Assembly (NCBI GenBank): GCA_036501385.1 | Contig: DASYAK010000074.1 | Location: forward strand, 27,646 to 91,645 | Source: Gemmatimonadales bacterium | GTDB lineage: Bacteria > Gemmatimonadota > Gemmatimonadetes > Gemmatimonadales > GWC2-71-9 | Length of the DNA stretch: 64,000 nucleotides | Reading direction: 5' to 3' | Shown: positions 32,600 through 40,890 of the stretch, one piece after another | Layout: each line of letters starts with the position of its first letter | How positions within the stretch are numbered: the stretch's first letter is position 1 | Notes under the pieces: model-generated | What the model saw: the letters and a program-made list of their open reading frames with translations, nothing else | Told to the model about the DNA's origin: nothing | Databases searched by the model: none | Position numbers and translations under genes: made by a program

Positions 32600-34002
32600 G
32601 GTGTTGCTCCTGGTTGCTTCGATCCGGCCAGCACGCTGTCGACCCCGTGCCGGATCCTGCCCACGACGGTGTCCTGCGCTTCGAGCACGTTGCTGACATT
32701 GGGGCTGTAGGTGTCGGCCCAGAGACTGCGTGATGTCACCGGGTTGGTGAACTGGACATTGATCCGCATCACGTCACCCGCGCGGAAGACCGTCGCCTCC
32801 ACCAACGCGTCGAGCTTGAGCTCGCTGGCGATCTCGCGGTCGGTCTTGGGGCTTCCCTTATACCGCATCATCTCCGACCGCGACGCCACACCGACGGTGC
32901 CGAGGCGCGACAGCGAGTTGGTGAGCGCGTCCTGCATTGCCGTCACGAAGACTGAATCTTTCCCCGAGATATCCTCGATCGGCATCACACCGATCCGCTG
33001 GATCCTGCCGGCGCCGCGATGGGTCAGCAGCCATGCGCCACCTACCACGATCAGGACCGCGATCACCAGGATCAACGCCAGATTCCGCCGCCGCGAAGCC
33101 GGCGGAGCACCACCGACACCCGCGAGACGCCTCGTCGTCGTCGGCGTGATTCCGCCGCTCGGCACCGCCGCGATGAGATCGAGCTGCGCCAGGATTTCCT
33201 CGGCGCTCTGCCACCGATCGGCCGGGTCCTTGGCGAGGCAGCGCATGATGACCTGCGCCAGCGCATCGCCAACGTCGGGACGGAATTCTCGGATATCCTT
33301 CGGCGTCTCCATCACGTGCGCCGCAAGAATTCCCTGCGGCGTCTCGGCCGTGAACGGCGTCCGCCCGGAGAGCATTTCGTAGACGAGAATCCCGAGGGCG
33401 TAGATGTCGGCACGCTGGTCGATGTTGGCATCGCCCATCGCCTGCTCGGGCGCCATGTAATGCGGTGTGCCGACCGCCATCCCCACGGTCGTCATCGAAT
33501 CGCCGCCGGCTGCCGTCACTGCCTTGGCGACACCGAAGTCGGTAACGACTGCGTGCCGGCCGCTCAGCAGGACGTTGCCGGGCTTGATGTCGCGATGGAC
33601 CACGCCGCGGGCGTGCGAATAGGCGAGCGCGTCGGCTACTTCCTTGAAGATCCGCACGGCGTCGACAATCGGCAGCCGCTTTTCCCGCGCAAGGCGATCG
33701 CGGAGCGATTCGCCCTCGACGTACGGCATCACATAGAAGAGGAAGCCCTGCACTTCGCCGGAATCGTAGAGCGACAGGATGTGCGGGTGATTGAACTGGG
33801 CGACGAACTTGATTTCCCGCGGGAAGCGCTCGGAACCAAGCGCTGCCGACAGCTCGGGCCGGAGCACCTTGAGCGCGACCTTCCGGTCGTGCTTGAGGTC
33901 GCTCGCCAGGTACACTGTGGCCATTCCGCCGGCGCCAACCTCCCGGTCGATGACATACCGGCCGGTGAGTGCCTCGGCGAGTCGCGCCTGGGGATCAGTC
34001 AC
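32596..34002 (-). CDS. Transmembrane Ser/Thr protein kinase with TolB-N-terminal-like periplasmic domain
   Basis: Hanks kinase motifs GAGGMATVY, VALKVL, HRDIKPGNVLL, DFGVAK, GTPHYMAPE. One TM helix (LALILVIAVLIVVGGAWLL). C-terminal IGVMPIEDISGKD module. GTG at 34002 (VTDPQARLAEAL) preferred; the longest ORF reaches 34173. Confidence 0.9.
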   Translation of the reverse strand: MTDPQARLAEALTGRYVIDREVGAGGMATVYLASDLKHDRKVALKVLRPELSAALGSERFPREIKFVAQFNHPHILSLYDSGEVQGFLFYVMPYVEGESLRDRLAREKRLPIVDAVRIFKEVADALAYSHARGVVHRDIKPGNVLLSGRHAVVTDFGVAKAVTAAGGDSMTTVGMAVGTPHYMAPEQAMGDANIDQRADIYALGILVYEMLSGRTPFTAETPQGILAAHVMETPKDIREFRPDVGDALAQVIMRCLAKDPADRWQSAEEILAQLDLIAAVPSGGITPTTTRRLAGVGGAPPASRRRNLALILVIAVLIVVGGAWLLTHRGAGRIQRIGVMPIEDISGKDSVFVTAMQDALTNSLSRLGTVGVASRSEMMRYKGSPKTDREIASELKLDALVEATVFRAGDVMRINVQFTNPVTSRSLWADTYSPNVSNVLEAQDTVVGRIRHGVDSVLAGSKQPGATP

Positions 34003-34115
34003 CGGACTCCGAAGATCGGGAGGGTACGCCGGGCGCAGCCAGGCACCTGGCCGGGCGGCGGGGGAGGGTAGATAGTACGGGTGAACCGGCCGGGCGGCAA
34101 TTGCCAGCCCGCCGA

Positions 34116-34142
34116 TGTCGATTTCGGCCGTTCTCGTTCGAC
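34116..34142 (+). promoter_or_regulatory. Candidate ECF-type promoter TGTCGA-N17-CGAC upstream of the YCII/DGPF gene
   Basis: TGTCGA at 34116..34121, a 17-nt spacer, CGAC at 34139..34142, 78 nt before the ATG at 34220. As I recall, ECF42 sigma factors are associated with a TGTCGA -35 element and a CG(A/T)C -10 element upstream of DGPF genes. Confidence 0.35.
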
Positions 34143-34219
34143 GATCATGCAGGACCTGGATTGTGGCGGCCACCCCGGCCGTCCACGGGAGCTACCCGAA
34201 ACCTGAAAGAGGCTCGACA

Positions 34220-34639
34220 ATGCGGTTCATGGTGATCGTCAAGGCGAATAGGGAGTCTGAGGCGGGTGTCCTGCCCACCACGGAAATCCTGACCGCCATG
34301 GGGAAGTACAACGAGGAGCTGGTCAAGGCAGGCGTCATGCTCGCCGGCGAGGGGCTCCACGCGTCGTCAAAGGGGGCGCGGGTCAAGTTCGAAAACGGCA
34401 AGACGTCGGTGACCGATGGACCCTTCGCCGAGTCGAAAGAGCTGATCGCCGGCTTCTGGCTCTGGCAGGTGAAGTCGAAGGACGAGGCGATCGAGTGGCT
34501 CAAGCGCGCCCCATTTGGTGGCGGCGTCGAGATCGAGCTCCGTCAGGTCTTCGAGGCCGAAGACTTCGGCGCGGTCGCGACTCCCGAAATTCTCGAACGG
34601 GACGCCCGGCTCCGCGCGACGACCGCGGCCCGGAAGTAA
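34220..34639 (+). CDS. YCII-related (DGPF-motif) domain protein
   Basis: MRFMVIVKA, VTDGPFAESKELIAGFWLWQVKSKDEAIEWLKRAP. Internal ATG 34220 of ORF 34115..34639. Confidence 0.85.
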   Translation: MRFMVIVKANRESEAGVLPTTEILTAMGKYNEELVKAGVMLAGEGLHASSKGARVKFENGKTSVTDGPFAESKELIAGFWLWQVKSKDEAIEWLKRAPFGGGVEIELRQVFEAEDFGAVATPEILERDARLRATTAARK

Positions 34640-34661
34640 CCGGGCCAGCGCAACCATTTAT

Positions 34662-34690
34662 CCCGCCCCGGGTCGACCCCCCGGGACGGG
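34662..34690 (+). terminator. GC-rich hairpin after the YCII gene
   Basis: CCCGcCCCGGG-TCGACCC-CCCGGGaCGGG (10 bp plus 1 mismatch), 23 nt after the stop, followed by TGGTGTTACACTCTTT. Confidence 0.35.
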
Positions 34691-34726
34691 TGGTGTTACA
34701 CTCTTTGACCTGATGGAGGCAGAACG

Positions 34727-35146
34727 ATGCTGACGATGGAACCCTATCTTTATTTCGACGGCAATTGCGGCGAGGCGATGAGATTCTACGCCAAGCTCTT
34801 CGGTGGGAACCTCGACATCATGTCGCACGCCGATTCGCCGATTGCCGATCAGGTCCCGGCCGCGAATCGTGACCGGATCATGCACGCGCGACTCGACATT
34901 GACGGCCGCATCCTCATGGCATCGGACGCCCTGGCCGGACATTCGTACAGCGGGATGCACGGCTTCTCGATCGCGCTCTCGTATCCCGACCCCGTCGAGG
35001 CGAAGCGAGTCTTTACCGCGCTTTCTGAGGGCGGCCGCGTCACGATGCCGCTGCAGAAGACGTTCTGGATCGAACTCTTCGGAATGGTCGTGGACCGGTT
35101 CGGTGCACCGTGGATGATCAACGGCGGCGCTGCCGCTCCGATGTAG
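34727..35146 (+). CDS. VOC/glyoxalase-fold protein (PhnB-like)
   Basis: [55 protein letters not shown], typical of the PhnB/3-demethylubiquinone-methyltransferase-like VOC family. Confidence 0.85.
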   Translation: MLTMEPYLYFDGNCGEAMRFYAKLFGGNLDIMSHADSPIADQVPAANRDRIMHARLDIDGRILMASDALAGHSYSGMHGFSIALSYPDPVEAKRVFTALSEGGRVTMPLQKTFWIELFGMVVDRFGAPWMINGGAAAPM

Positions 35147-35174
35147 GCAGTCAACTACACGAAAGGATCCCGAG

Positions 35175-36290
35175 ATGAGCGGTGTTCGAGTCCTCGTCGG
35201 TACGCACAAGGGTGCGTTCATCCTGACCTCCGACGGGAAGCGGAAGCGGTGGAACGTCAGCGGGCCGCACTTCGCGGGGTGGGACATCTATCACGTCAAG
35301 GGATCGCCGGTTGATCCCGACCGCCTCTACGCATCGCAGTGCAGCGGCTGGTTCGGCCAGATCATTCAGCGCTCCGATGACGGCGGCAAGAGCTGGAATC
35401 CAGTGGGAAACGCGTTCACCTACGACGGCGTTGCGGGCACCCATCAGTGGTACGACGGCACGCCGCATCCGTGGGAGTTCAAGCGCGTTTGGCATCTCGA
35501 GCCGTCACTCACCGACCCCGATACCGTCTACGCCGGCGTCGAAGATGCCGCGCTCTTCCGCTCCACCGACGGCGGCCAGAACTGGCACGAACTCTCCGGC
35601 CTGCGCCAGCACGGATCAGGGCCGCGCTGGCAGCCGGGCGCCGGCGGGATGGGACTGCACACCATCCTCCTCGATCCGGTGCATCACGGTCGGATCTACA
35701 TCGCCATCTCGGCGGCGGGCGTCTTCCGCAGTGACGATGCCGGAGTGACCTGGCAGCCGATGAACCAGGGACTCCGCTCGCAATACATTCCCGACCCCGC
35801 CGCCGACGTGGGCCACTGCGTGCACCGGATCGCGCTCCACCCGTCGCGCCCGGACGTCCTCTTCATGCAGAAGCACTGGGACGTGATGCGCAGCGACAAC
35901 GCCGCCGAAAGCTGGCAGGAAGTGAGCGGCAACCTCCCCACCGATTTCGGCTTCCCGATCGACGTGCACGCCCACGAGCCCGAGACGGTGTACGTGGTGC
36001 CGATCAAGAGCGACTCCGAACATTATCCGCCCGAGGGGAGGTTGCGGGTCTATCGCAGTCGCTCGGGTGGCAACGAATGGGAACCGCTCACGAAGGGCTT
36101 GCCGCAGGAAAACTGCTACGTCAATGTGCTGCGCGAAGCGATGGCGGTCGACACCCTCGACGACTGCGGCATCTACTTCGGCACCACTGGCGGCCAGGTC
36201 TACGCGTCGCCCGACGGTGGTGACAACTGGGAGCCGATCGTGCGCGATCTGCCTTCGGTGCTCTCGGTCGAGGTGCAGACGCTGACATGA
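35175..36290 (+). CDS. Cytoplasmic BNR/Asp-box repeat beta-propeller (sialidase-like fold, function unknown)
   Basis: Six Asp-box-like motifs ([53 protein letters not shown]). No signal peptide. Confidence 0.8.
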   Translation: MSGVRVLVGTHKGAFILTSDGKRKRWNVSGPHFAGWDIYHVKGSPVDPDRLYASQCSGWFGQIIQRSDDGGKSWNPVGNAFTYDGVAGTHQWYDGTPHPWEFKRVWHLEPSLTDPDTVYAGVEDAALFRSTDGGQNWHELSGLRQHGSGPRWQPGAGGMGLHTILLDPVHHGRIYIAISAAGVFRSDDAGVTWQPMNQGLRSQYIPDPAADVGHCVHRIALHPSRPDVLFMQKHWDVMRSDNAAESWQEVSGNLPTDFGFPIDVHAHEPETVYVVPIKSDSEHYPPEGRLRVYRSRSGGNEWEPLTKGLPQENCYVNVLREAMAVDTLDDCGIYFGTTGGQVYASPDGGDNWEPIVRDLPSVLSVEVQTLT

Positions 36291-36583
36291 TGCGAGTGGA
36301 ATTGCCGGCGCATCTGCGCACCATCGCGCGAGTCGATGGACTGGTGGAGCTGGAGCCCACGGCACCCGTGACGCTCCGATCCACCCTCGACGCACTCGAG
36401 ATGCGGTATCCGGCCTTGCGCGGCACGATCCGCGATCACGTCACCTTCAGGCGCCGCCCGTTCCTCAGGTTCTTTGCCTGCGGCGAAGACCTCTCCCACG
36501 ATTCGCCCGACAAGGCGCTCCCCGATGCCGTGACTCGCGGCGATGAACCATTGCTCGTAGTGGGAGCGATTGCGGGGGGATAA
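36287..36583 (+). CDS. ThiS/MoaD-like ubiquitin-fold small protein ending in Gly-Gly
   Basis: 98 aa. The ATG overlaps the upstream TGA (ATGA at 36287..36290). The C-terminus [10 protein letters not shown] is followed directly by a stop. Size and pattern fit the beta-grasp sulfur-carrier family. Confidence 0.7.
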   Translation: MMRVELPAHLRTIARVDGLVELEPTAPVTLRSTLDALEMRYPALRGTIRDHVTFRRRPFLRFFACGEDLSHDSPDKALPDAVTRGDEPLLVVGAIAGG

Positions 36584-36640
36584 CAAGAGAGACGAGACAC
36601 GAGAGAGGAGCGACGAGAACGTGCAGCGGAAACGGAACGC
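36584..36640. other. Strand-asymmetric polypurine tract between convergent genes (C/U-rich, G-poor on the minus-strand transcript; possible rut-like site)
   Basis: The plus strand caagagagacgagacacgagagaggagcgacgagaacgtgcagcggaaacggaacgc is overwhelmingly A/G, in an otherwise GC-balanced, very GC-rich window. Confidence 0.3.
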
Positions 36641-37060
36641 CTAGTTCGCGCAGAGCTCGTCAATCGATCCCTGTTGACCGCGAATCAGTTGTACGTCCAC
36701 CGATGATCCGGGCGCCACGTTCGTGATTCCAAGCAAATACGACACCTGCATCAACTGTCCGCTGATTCGACCGGTGAGTGCGATCGAGTAGGCTCCGGCG
36801 GGCAGGTTGCCCATGCCTTCGTTGGTCGCGACAAACTGGAAGATCCCATCGTCCTTGAGATCGATGGCGCCGCGCGTCACGAATGCCATGCAGGGAAGCC
36901 GTACCTGCATGCTGTCACCCCCGGCCGCAATCCGGAGATCAGTTCCTCCCCAGATTCCGTCAATCGCGGCGGATGCATCGGAACTCGACGAACATCCAGT
37001 CAACAGCGTGACAACGAGTGTGAGAGCGGTGCAGCAGAGCGGCAGTAATCGACGCATCAA
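36641..37060 (-). CDS. Hypothetical lipoprotein
   Basis: Lipobox MMRRLLPLCCTALTLVVTLLTGC followed by a Ser-rich linker. 139 aa. No family recognised. Confidence 0.6.
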   Translation of the reverse strand: MMRRLLPLCCTALTLVVTLLTGCSSSSDASAAIDGIWGGTDLRIAAGGDSMQVRLPCMAFVTRGAIDLKDDGIFQFVATNEGMGNLPAGAYSIALTGRISGQLMQVSYLLGITNVAPGSSVDVQLIRGQQGSIDELCAN

Positions 37061-37129
37061 CTAACTATACCGGCTGAATCATTTCTGGCAACGGCCTCGA
37101 TCGCCACGCCGCCTCCACCCGGCGCTCGT

Positions 37130-38371
37130 CTACGCCTGCCGTCTCCTGGCCACGGAGACGGCGATCAGCACCGCCAGCGCCGAGTAGATCGCCAGCAACG
37201 GAATCCACGAGAGGCGCAACGTGGCACCAGTCAGGATCTCGGCGCTGCGGAACTCCGCATCGTGCGTCGCGAGCCATTGCGACTTCGCCCACCGCTCGAC
37301 CCCTTCGCCCAGCGATTCGTCGAACGCCCGCTGGAATGCAATCTCGAACGGCTGATCCGATGTCCAGAATTGCCGGAACCGGTCCCGGCCGTACTGTCCG
37401 ATCAGCCCGGCGATGAACGTCGGGCTCGGCGTTCGCACCGTCGCGAACGTCGCCGAATCGCCGGTCCGCAGGTAAGCGGGCATCGTCATATCGGGGGGGA
37501 CGAGCCGGTCGACCCATTCGGCCGCCGCCGGATGGAGCACGGTTGTCGCGCACGAACTGGCGCGTCCGCCGAGGCACCGGACGCCGTCCGCGCCGTAGTC
37601 GTACGGCGGGCGAAGCAACTCTGCGAGATCGAGCGCGCCGATCCCGGACGCAATCTGGAAAAACGCGTTGTACGGGAAGTCCGTGACACTGGTATTCCGC
37701 ATCCGTTCGAAGGGGCCAAACTGGTCGCGGAAGTCCCGGGGCCGGGTGAGCCAATCATTCGATCGCGCTTCGAGATAGCGCGTCGCCGTCAGCCACTCCG
37801 CGATCGCGGTGCCTGGTTGACCAAACGCGGCGCGCAGCGCGCAAGGCGAAGTCGCTGTTTCGAGCGAAGACTCGTTCACCGACACCGTTGACTGTTTCGA
37901 ATAGGCATACCCGCCGACAATCGCGACACACCAGTTGCGTCCGCCGCGCTCCGCGAACAGAGCGCCGCGATACCGCCCCCACTCGAACTTCGACACCTGA
38001 TCCACGCCCTCGTTCTGCACCAGCACGACAACATTCAGCGCCGAATCGGTCGGGCCGATCGCGCGCCAGAGTGCATTGACCGTCGCCACCGTTTTCGGCG
38101 CGCTGATTCCCGCCGGGAATCCCTGGAATACCACCTGCGGAACCGGTCCTGTCGGCGTCGCGGCGTGGTCGAGATACGCCAGCGCCGAATCGCGCTGACT
38201 GAATTGCGACCAGACGGTCGCTGCGGTGTATTCATGCAGGGTGAGCGCGTTGAGCTGCGCACCGTGATCGACCAATTGGTCGACCGCTGACACTGAGCCG
38301 GACCGCTTCCACAACGGGAGGAGCACACCCGCGAGCGCCAGCGCCGCGAAACCGATCCTGCCGCCCCTCAT
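37130..38371 (-). CDS. Hypothetical bitopic membrane protein (N-terminal signal/anchor, large periplasmic domain, C-terminal TM)
   Basis: The start ATG at 38371 overlaps the upstream stop (ATGA); ATG 38377 is an alternative. N-terminus MRGGRIGFAALALAGVLLPLW. C-terminal helix WIPLLAIYSALAVLIAVSV. Last gene of the YtrA/ABC operon. Confidence 0.6.
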   Translation of the reverse strand: MRGGRIGFAALALAGVLLPLWKRSGSVSAVDQLVDHGAQLNALTLHEYTAATVWSQFSQRDSALAYLDHAATPTGPVPQVVFQGFPAGISAPKTVATVNALWRAIGPTDSALNVVVLVQNEGVDQVSKFEWGRYRGALFAERGGRNWCVAIVGGYAYSKQSTVSVNESSLETATSPCALRAAFGQPGTAIAEWLTATRYLEARSNDWLTRPRDFRDQFGPFERMRNTSVTDFPYNAFFQIASGIGALDLAELLRPPYDYGADGVRCLGGRASSCATTVLHPAAAEWVDRLVPPDMTMPAYLRTGDSATFATVRTPSPTFIAGLIGQYGRDRFRQFWTSDQPFEIAFQRAFDESLGEGVERWAKSQWLATHDAEFRSAEILTGATLRLSWIPLLAIYSALAVLIAVSVARRRQA

Positions 38372-39336
38372 CCCCATCGTGACGCTCCCAACGCGCCGGC
38401 CAGCGCCAGCGCCGTCCATCCGAGCGCCAATACCACGATACTCGGCGTCAGTGGCGACGCCGTGGGCCGCATCGCAAGCAACTGGGCGCGCCAGCGCACC
38501 AGCAACGAATCAGCCGGTATCCCGGCCGCCGCGGCGAGCGCGGGTTCCAGCCCGTCGGCACCGGTGTCGCGGAATCGGCTCCACGCACCGGGACCGCCGA
38601 TGTCCAGGGCCGTCAGCAACAGATCAGCGCGTAGAAGTGGTGGAAATGGCCCACCCGCCGACGAGTCAGAGCCACGACGAACGTCGAGCGCCAGTGCGCA
38701 CCCCTGCACGTCACCGCGCACGCAGGCACGCTGCGCCGGACCCGTTCCGGTTACCAGCAGGTACATCGCGAGATTGCGGCGTTCGTGATCCGACGTCGTG
38801 ATCGGCGGCGCAAACGCGAGCCAATCGTGTAGTCGCGGCGTCAGTTGTTCAAACATCATCGTGTTGAATCCGTCGATCAGCGTGCTGGCGAGAAACACCG
38901 GCGACGTCGTCCGCTGGACACGCACAGCGCGCCCCGTGTCCGGAAGCCCCGCAAGGACCACGGAGCCGACCTTGCGGTCTACGTCATATTGCCGGTCCTC
39001 GTCGGCACGTCGCTGCTCGGTCCGCACCACGATTCGAAAGCCGTCAGGTGATGGCACCGCGCCGCTGAACCAGCGCCCCGTCGTACTGTCGAATACGTGC
39101 ACCGCGGCCAGTGCAGCATCCCGCTGCGACAGCGACGCCGCGACGGCAGTATTGCCGTGTCGTGCGATTTCCACGGTCCCGGAATCGCCCTGAACCAGCG
39201 AGTCGTGCAGCACTTGCACCTGAGCCGCAATCCGGACCAGCGAGTCGCGCCACGCATTGGCCTCCTGTGCCCGGGCGGCGAGTGGCAGCGCGAGGAGCAG
39301 CGCGGCAACCGGCCCCCATTGCCACGCGCTACGCAT
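38368..39336 (-). CDS. Hypothetical exported protein with C-terminal TM anchor
   Basis: Signal MRSAWQWGPVAALLLALPLAARAQ. C-terminal helix IVVLALGWTALALAGALG. 8-nt overlap with the upstream permease gene. Confidence 0.6.
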   Translation of the reverse strand: MRSAWQWGPVAALLLALPLAARAQEANAWRDSLVRIAAQVQVLHDSLVQGDSGTVEIARHGNTAVAASLSQRDAALAAVHVFDSTTGRWFSGAVPSPDGFRIVVRTEQRRADEDRQYDVDRKVGSVVLAGLPDTGRAVRVQRTTSPVFLASTLIDGFNTMMFEQLTPRLHDWLAFAPPITTSDHERRNLAMYLLVTGTGPAQRACVRGDVQGCALALDVRRGSDSSAGGPFPPLLRADLLLTALDIGGPGAWSRFRDTGADGLEPALAAAAGIPADSLLVRWRAQLLAMRPTASPLTPSIVVLALGWTALALAGALGASRWG

Positions 39337-39979
39337 CGATCAGCATCCAGCGTCCGCCGAGCGGTGCAAACGGCCCGGGGAAGACGGCGAGCGCTCGCAC
39401 CGTGATCCACAGCAGATTGACCTTCGGTGCCAGGAGAATCACCGCGACGTGCACGGCGAGGAAGAGCCCCACGATCCGGATCGCGATCCCGATGCTTCGC
39501 GCCGACGCCGACGCCAGGGCGAAGGAGATGCCGAACAGCAGCAGAAGCGTGATCGCGAACTTCGCGGCGATCGCGTCGGGATAGCTGCGGACTCCCGGTG
39601 GCAGATCGAGCCCGATTGTCGCCACGTGCGCGCCGAGCCAGAGGGCCACCGCGACTGGCGCCAGCAGTATCAGCCCCGCCGCGTACCGCAGCAGCACATA
39701 CCGCCACCTCGGCAGCGGGAGGAGCATCGCGTAGACGTGCTGGCCGCGACGATCGGACATCCACGTCGCCGCGGCGAGTATCAACGCTGCCACCGCTGCG
39801 AGGACCGGATAGAAGAGACCCCAGAGCTCGAGCTCGGTCAGAAAGAGTGGCAGGTTCGCGGTGGCTCCGCCCCAGCCCAGCCGGATCGAGATGATCGGCA
39901 ACGCGAATGCGGTCAGCGCGAGCGCGGCAACAAGCGTGCGGGTCGCGATCCACTGGATCGAGATGATCGCCTTCAGCAT
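39329..39979 (-). CDS. Polytopic membrane protein, probable ABC-2-type permease partner
   Basis: 216 aa, about 6 hydrophobic helices. The start overlaps the ATPase stop by 7 nt. Its position after an ABC ATPase in a YtrA-type operon supports the call. Confidence 0.65.
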   Translation of the reverse strand: MLKAIISIQWIATRTLVAALALTAFALPIISIRLGWGGATANLPLFLTELELWGLFYPVLAAVAALILAAATWMSDRRGQHVYAMLLPLPRWRYVLLRYAAGLILLAPVAVALWLGAHVATIGLDLPPGVRSYPDAIAAKFAITLLLLFGISFALASASARSIGIAIRIVGLFLAVHVAVILLAPKVNLLWITVRALAVFPGPFAPLGGRWMLIDA

Positions 39980-40890
39980 GATGGTACTCCTTCCGCGCGC
40001 TCGGTCCGGAAGGCGCGCAACAGTTCGACGAATCCATCCTCGAGATCGAGATCGGCCACGTCACGCAGCGTGACGCCCCCGCGATCGAACCACCCGGTCA
40101 TCTCCGGTTCCCATCCGCGCACCACCCACGTCTCCGTCGAACCGGCGTCACGAGTGCGAGCGAGGATGGTGAACGGCGTAGCCGCAACGTCGAGCGCAAT
40201 GTCGGTCGACACCCTGATCCGCTTGTTGCCATTGCGGAACTCGCTCATCGGGAGTTCCACCACCAGGCGCCCGCGATCCATCACGCCGATCCAGTCACAG
40301 AATCGCTCCAGCTCGTGCACCAGATGGCTCGACACCAGGACCGTGGCGCCGTGCGTCGACACGTATTCGAGGAGTGCCGCGAGCACATCGCGCCGCACCA
40401 CGGGATCGAGTCCGTCCATCGGCTCATCGAGGACGAGGAGGTCGGGTCGTTGGCAGAGCGCGAGCAGCAGCATCAGCTTCGCGGTTTCGCCCTTCGAGAG
40501 GCCGGCGACCTTCTGCGCCGCGCGGAGCCGAAAATCCTCGAGCAGCTGCGCGGCCCATTGCGGATCCCATCGCGGATAGAACGCCCGGTGAAAGTCGAGC
40601 GATTCGGCGACGGTGAGATACCGGTGCAGATGCGGCCGATCGGGAATCACGCCGGTGCACGCCAGCGCCGCCGGGAGCTGATCCGGAACGCGATGACCGA
40701 GGAGGGTGATCGATCCCGCATCCGGGCGAAGCAGCCCCAGCAGCAGGCGGATCGTCGTCGTCTTGCCGCATCCATTCGGTCCGAGGAATCCGTAGAGCGC
40801 CCCGGCGGGAACAGCGATCGACAGGTCCTCGATCCCGAAATCCTGCGACGTACGGTACGACAGCCCATGGGTTTCGATGGCAAGACTCAC
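39973..40890 (-). CDS. ABC transporter ATP-binding protein
   Basis: Walker A GPNGCGKTT, signature LSKGETAKL, Walker B LLVLDEP, H-loop SSHLV. The GTG at 40890 overlaps the GntR stop (GTGA). The upstream part of ORF 39973..41289 is an out-of-frame shadow of the GntR gene. Confidence 0.9.
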   Translation of the reverse strand: MSLAIETHGLSYRTSQDFGIEDLSIAVPAGALYGFLGPNGCGKTTTIRLLLGLLRPDAGSITLLGHRVPDQLPAALACTGVIPDRPHLHRYLTVAESLDFHRAFYPRWDPQWAAQLLEDFRLRAAQKVAGLSKGETAKLMLLLALCQRPDLLVLDEPMDGLDPVVRRDVLAALLEYVSTHGATVLVSSHLVHELERFCDWIGVMDRGRLVVELPMSEFRNGNKRIRVSTDIALDVAATPFTILARTRDAGSTETWVVRGWEPEMTGWFDRGGVTLRDVADLDLEDGFVELLRAFRTERAEGVPSC

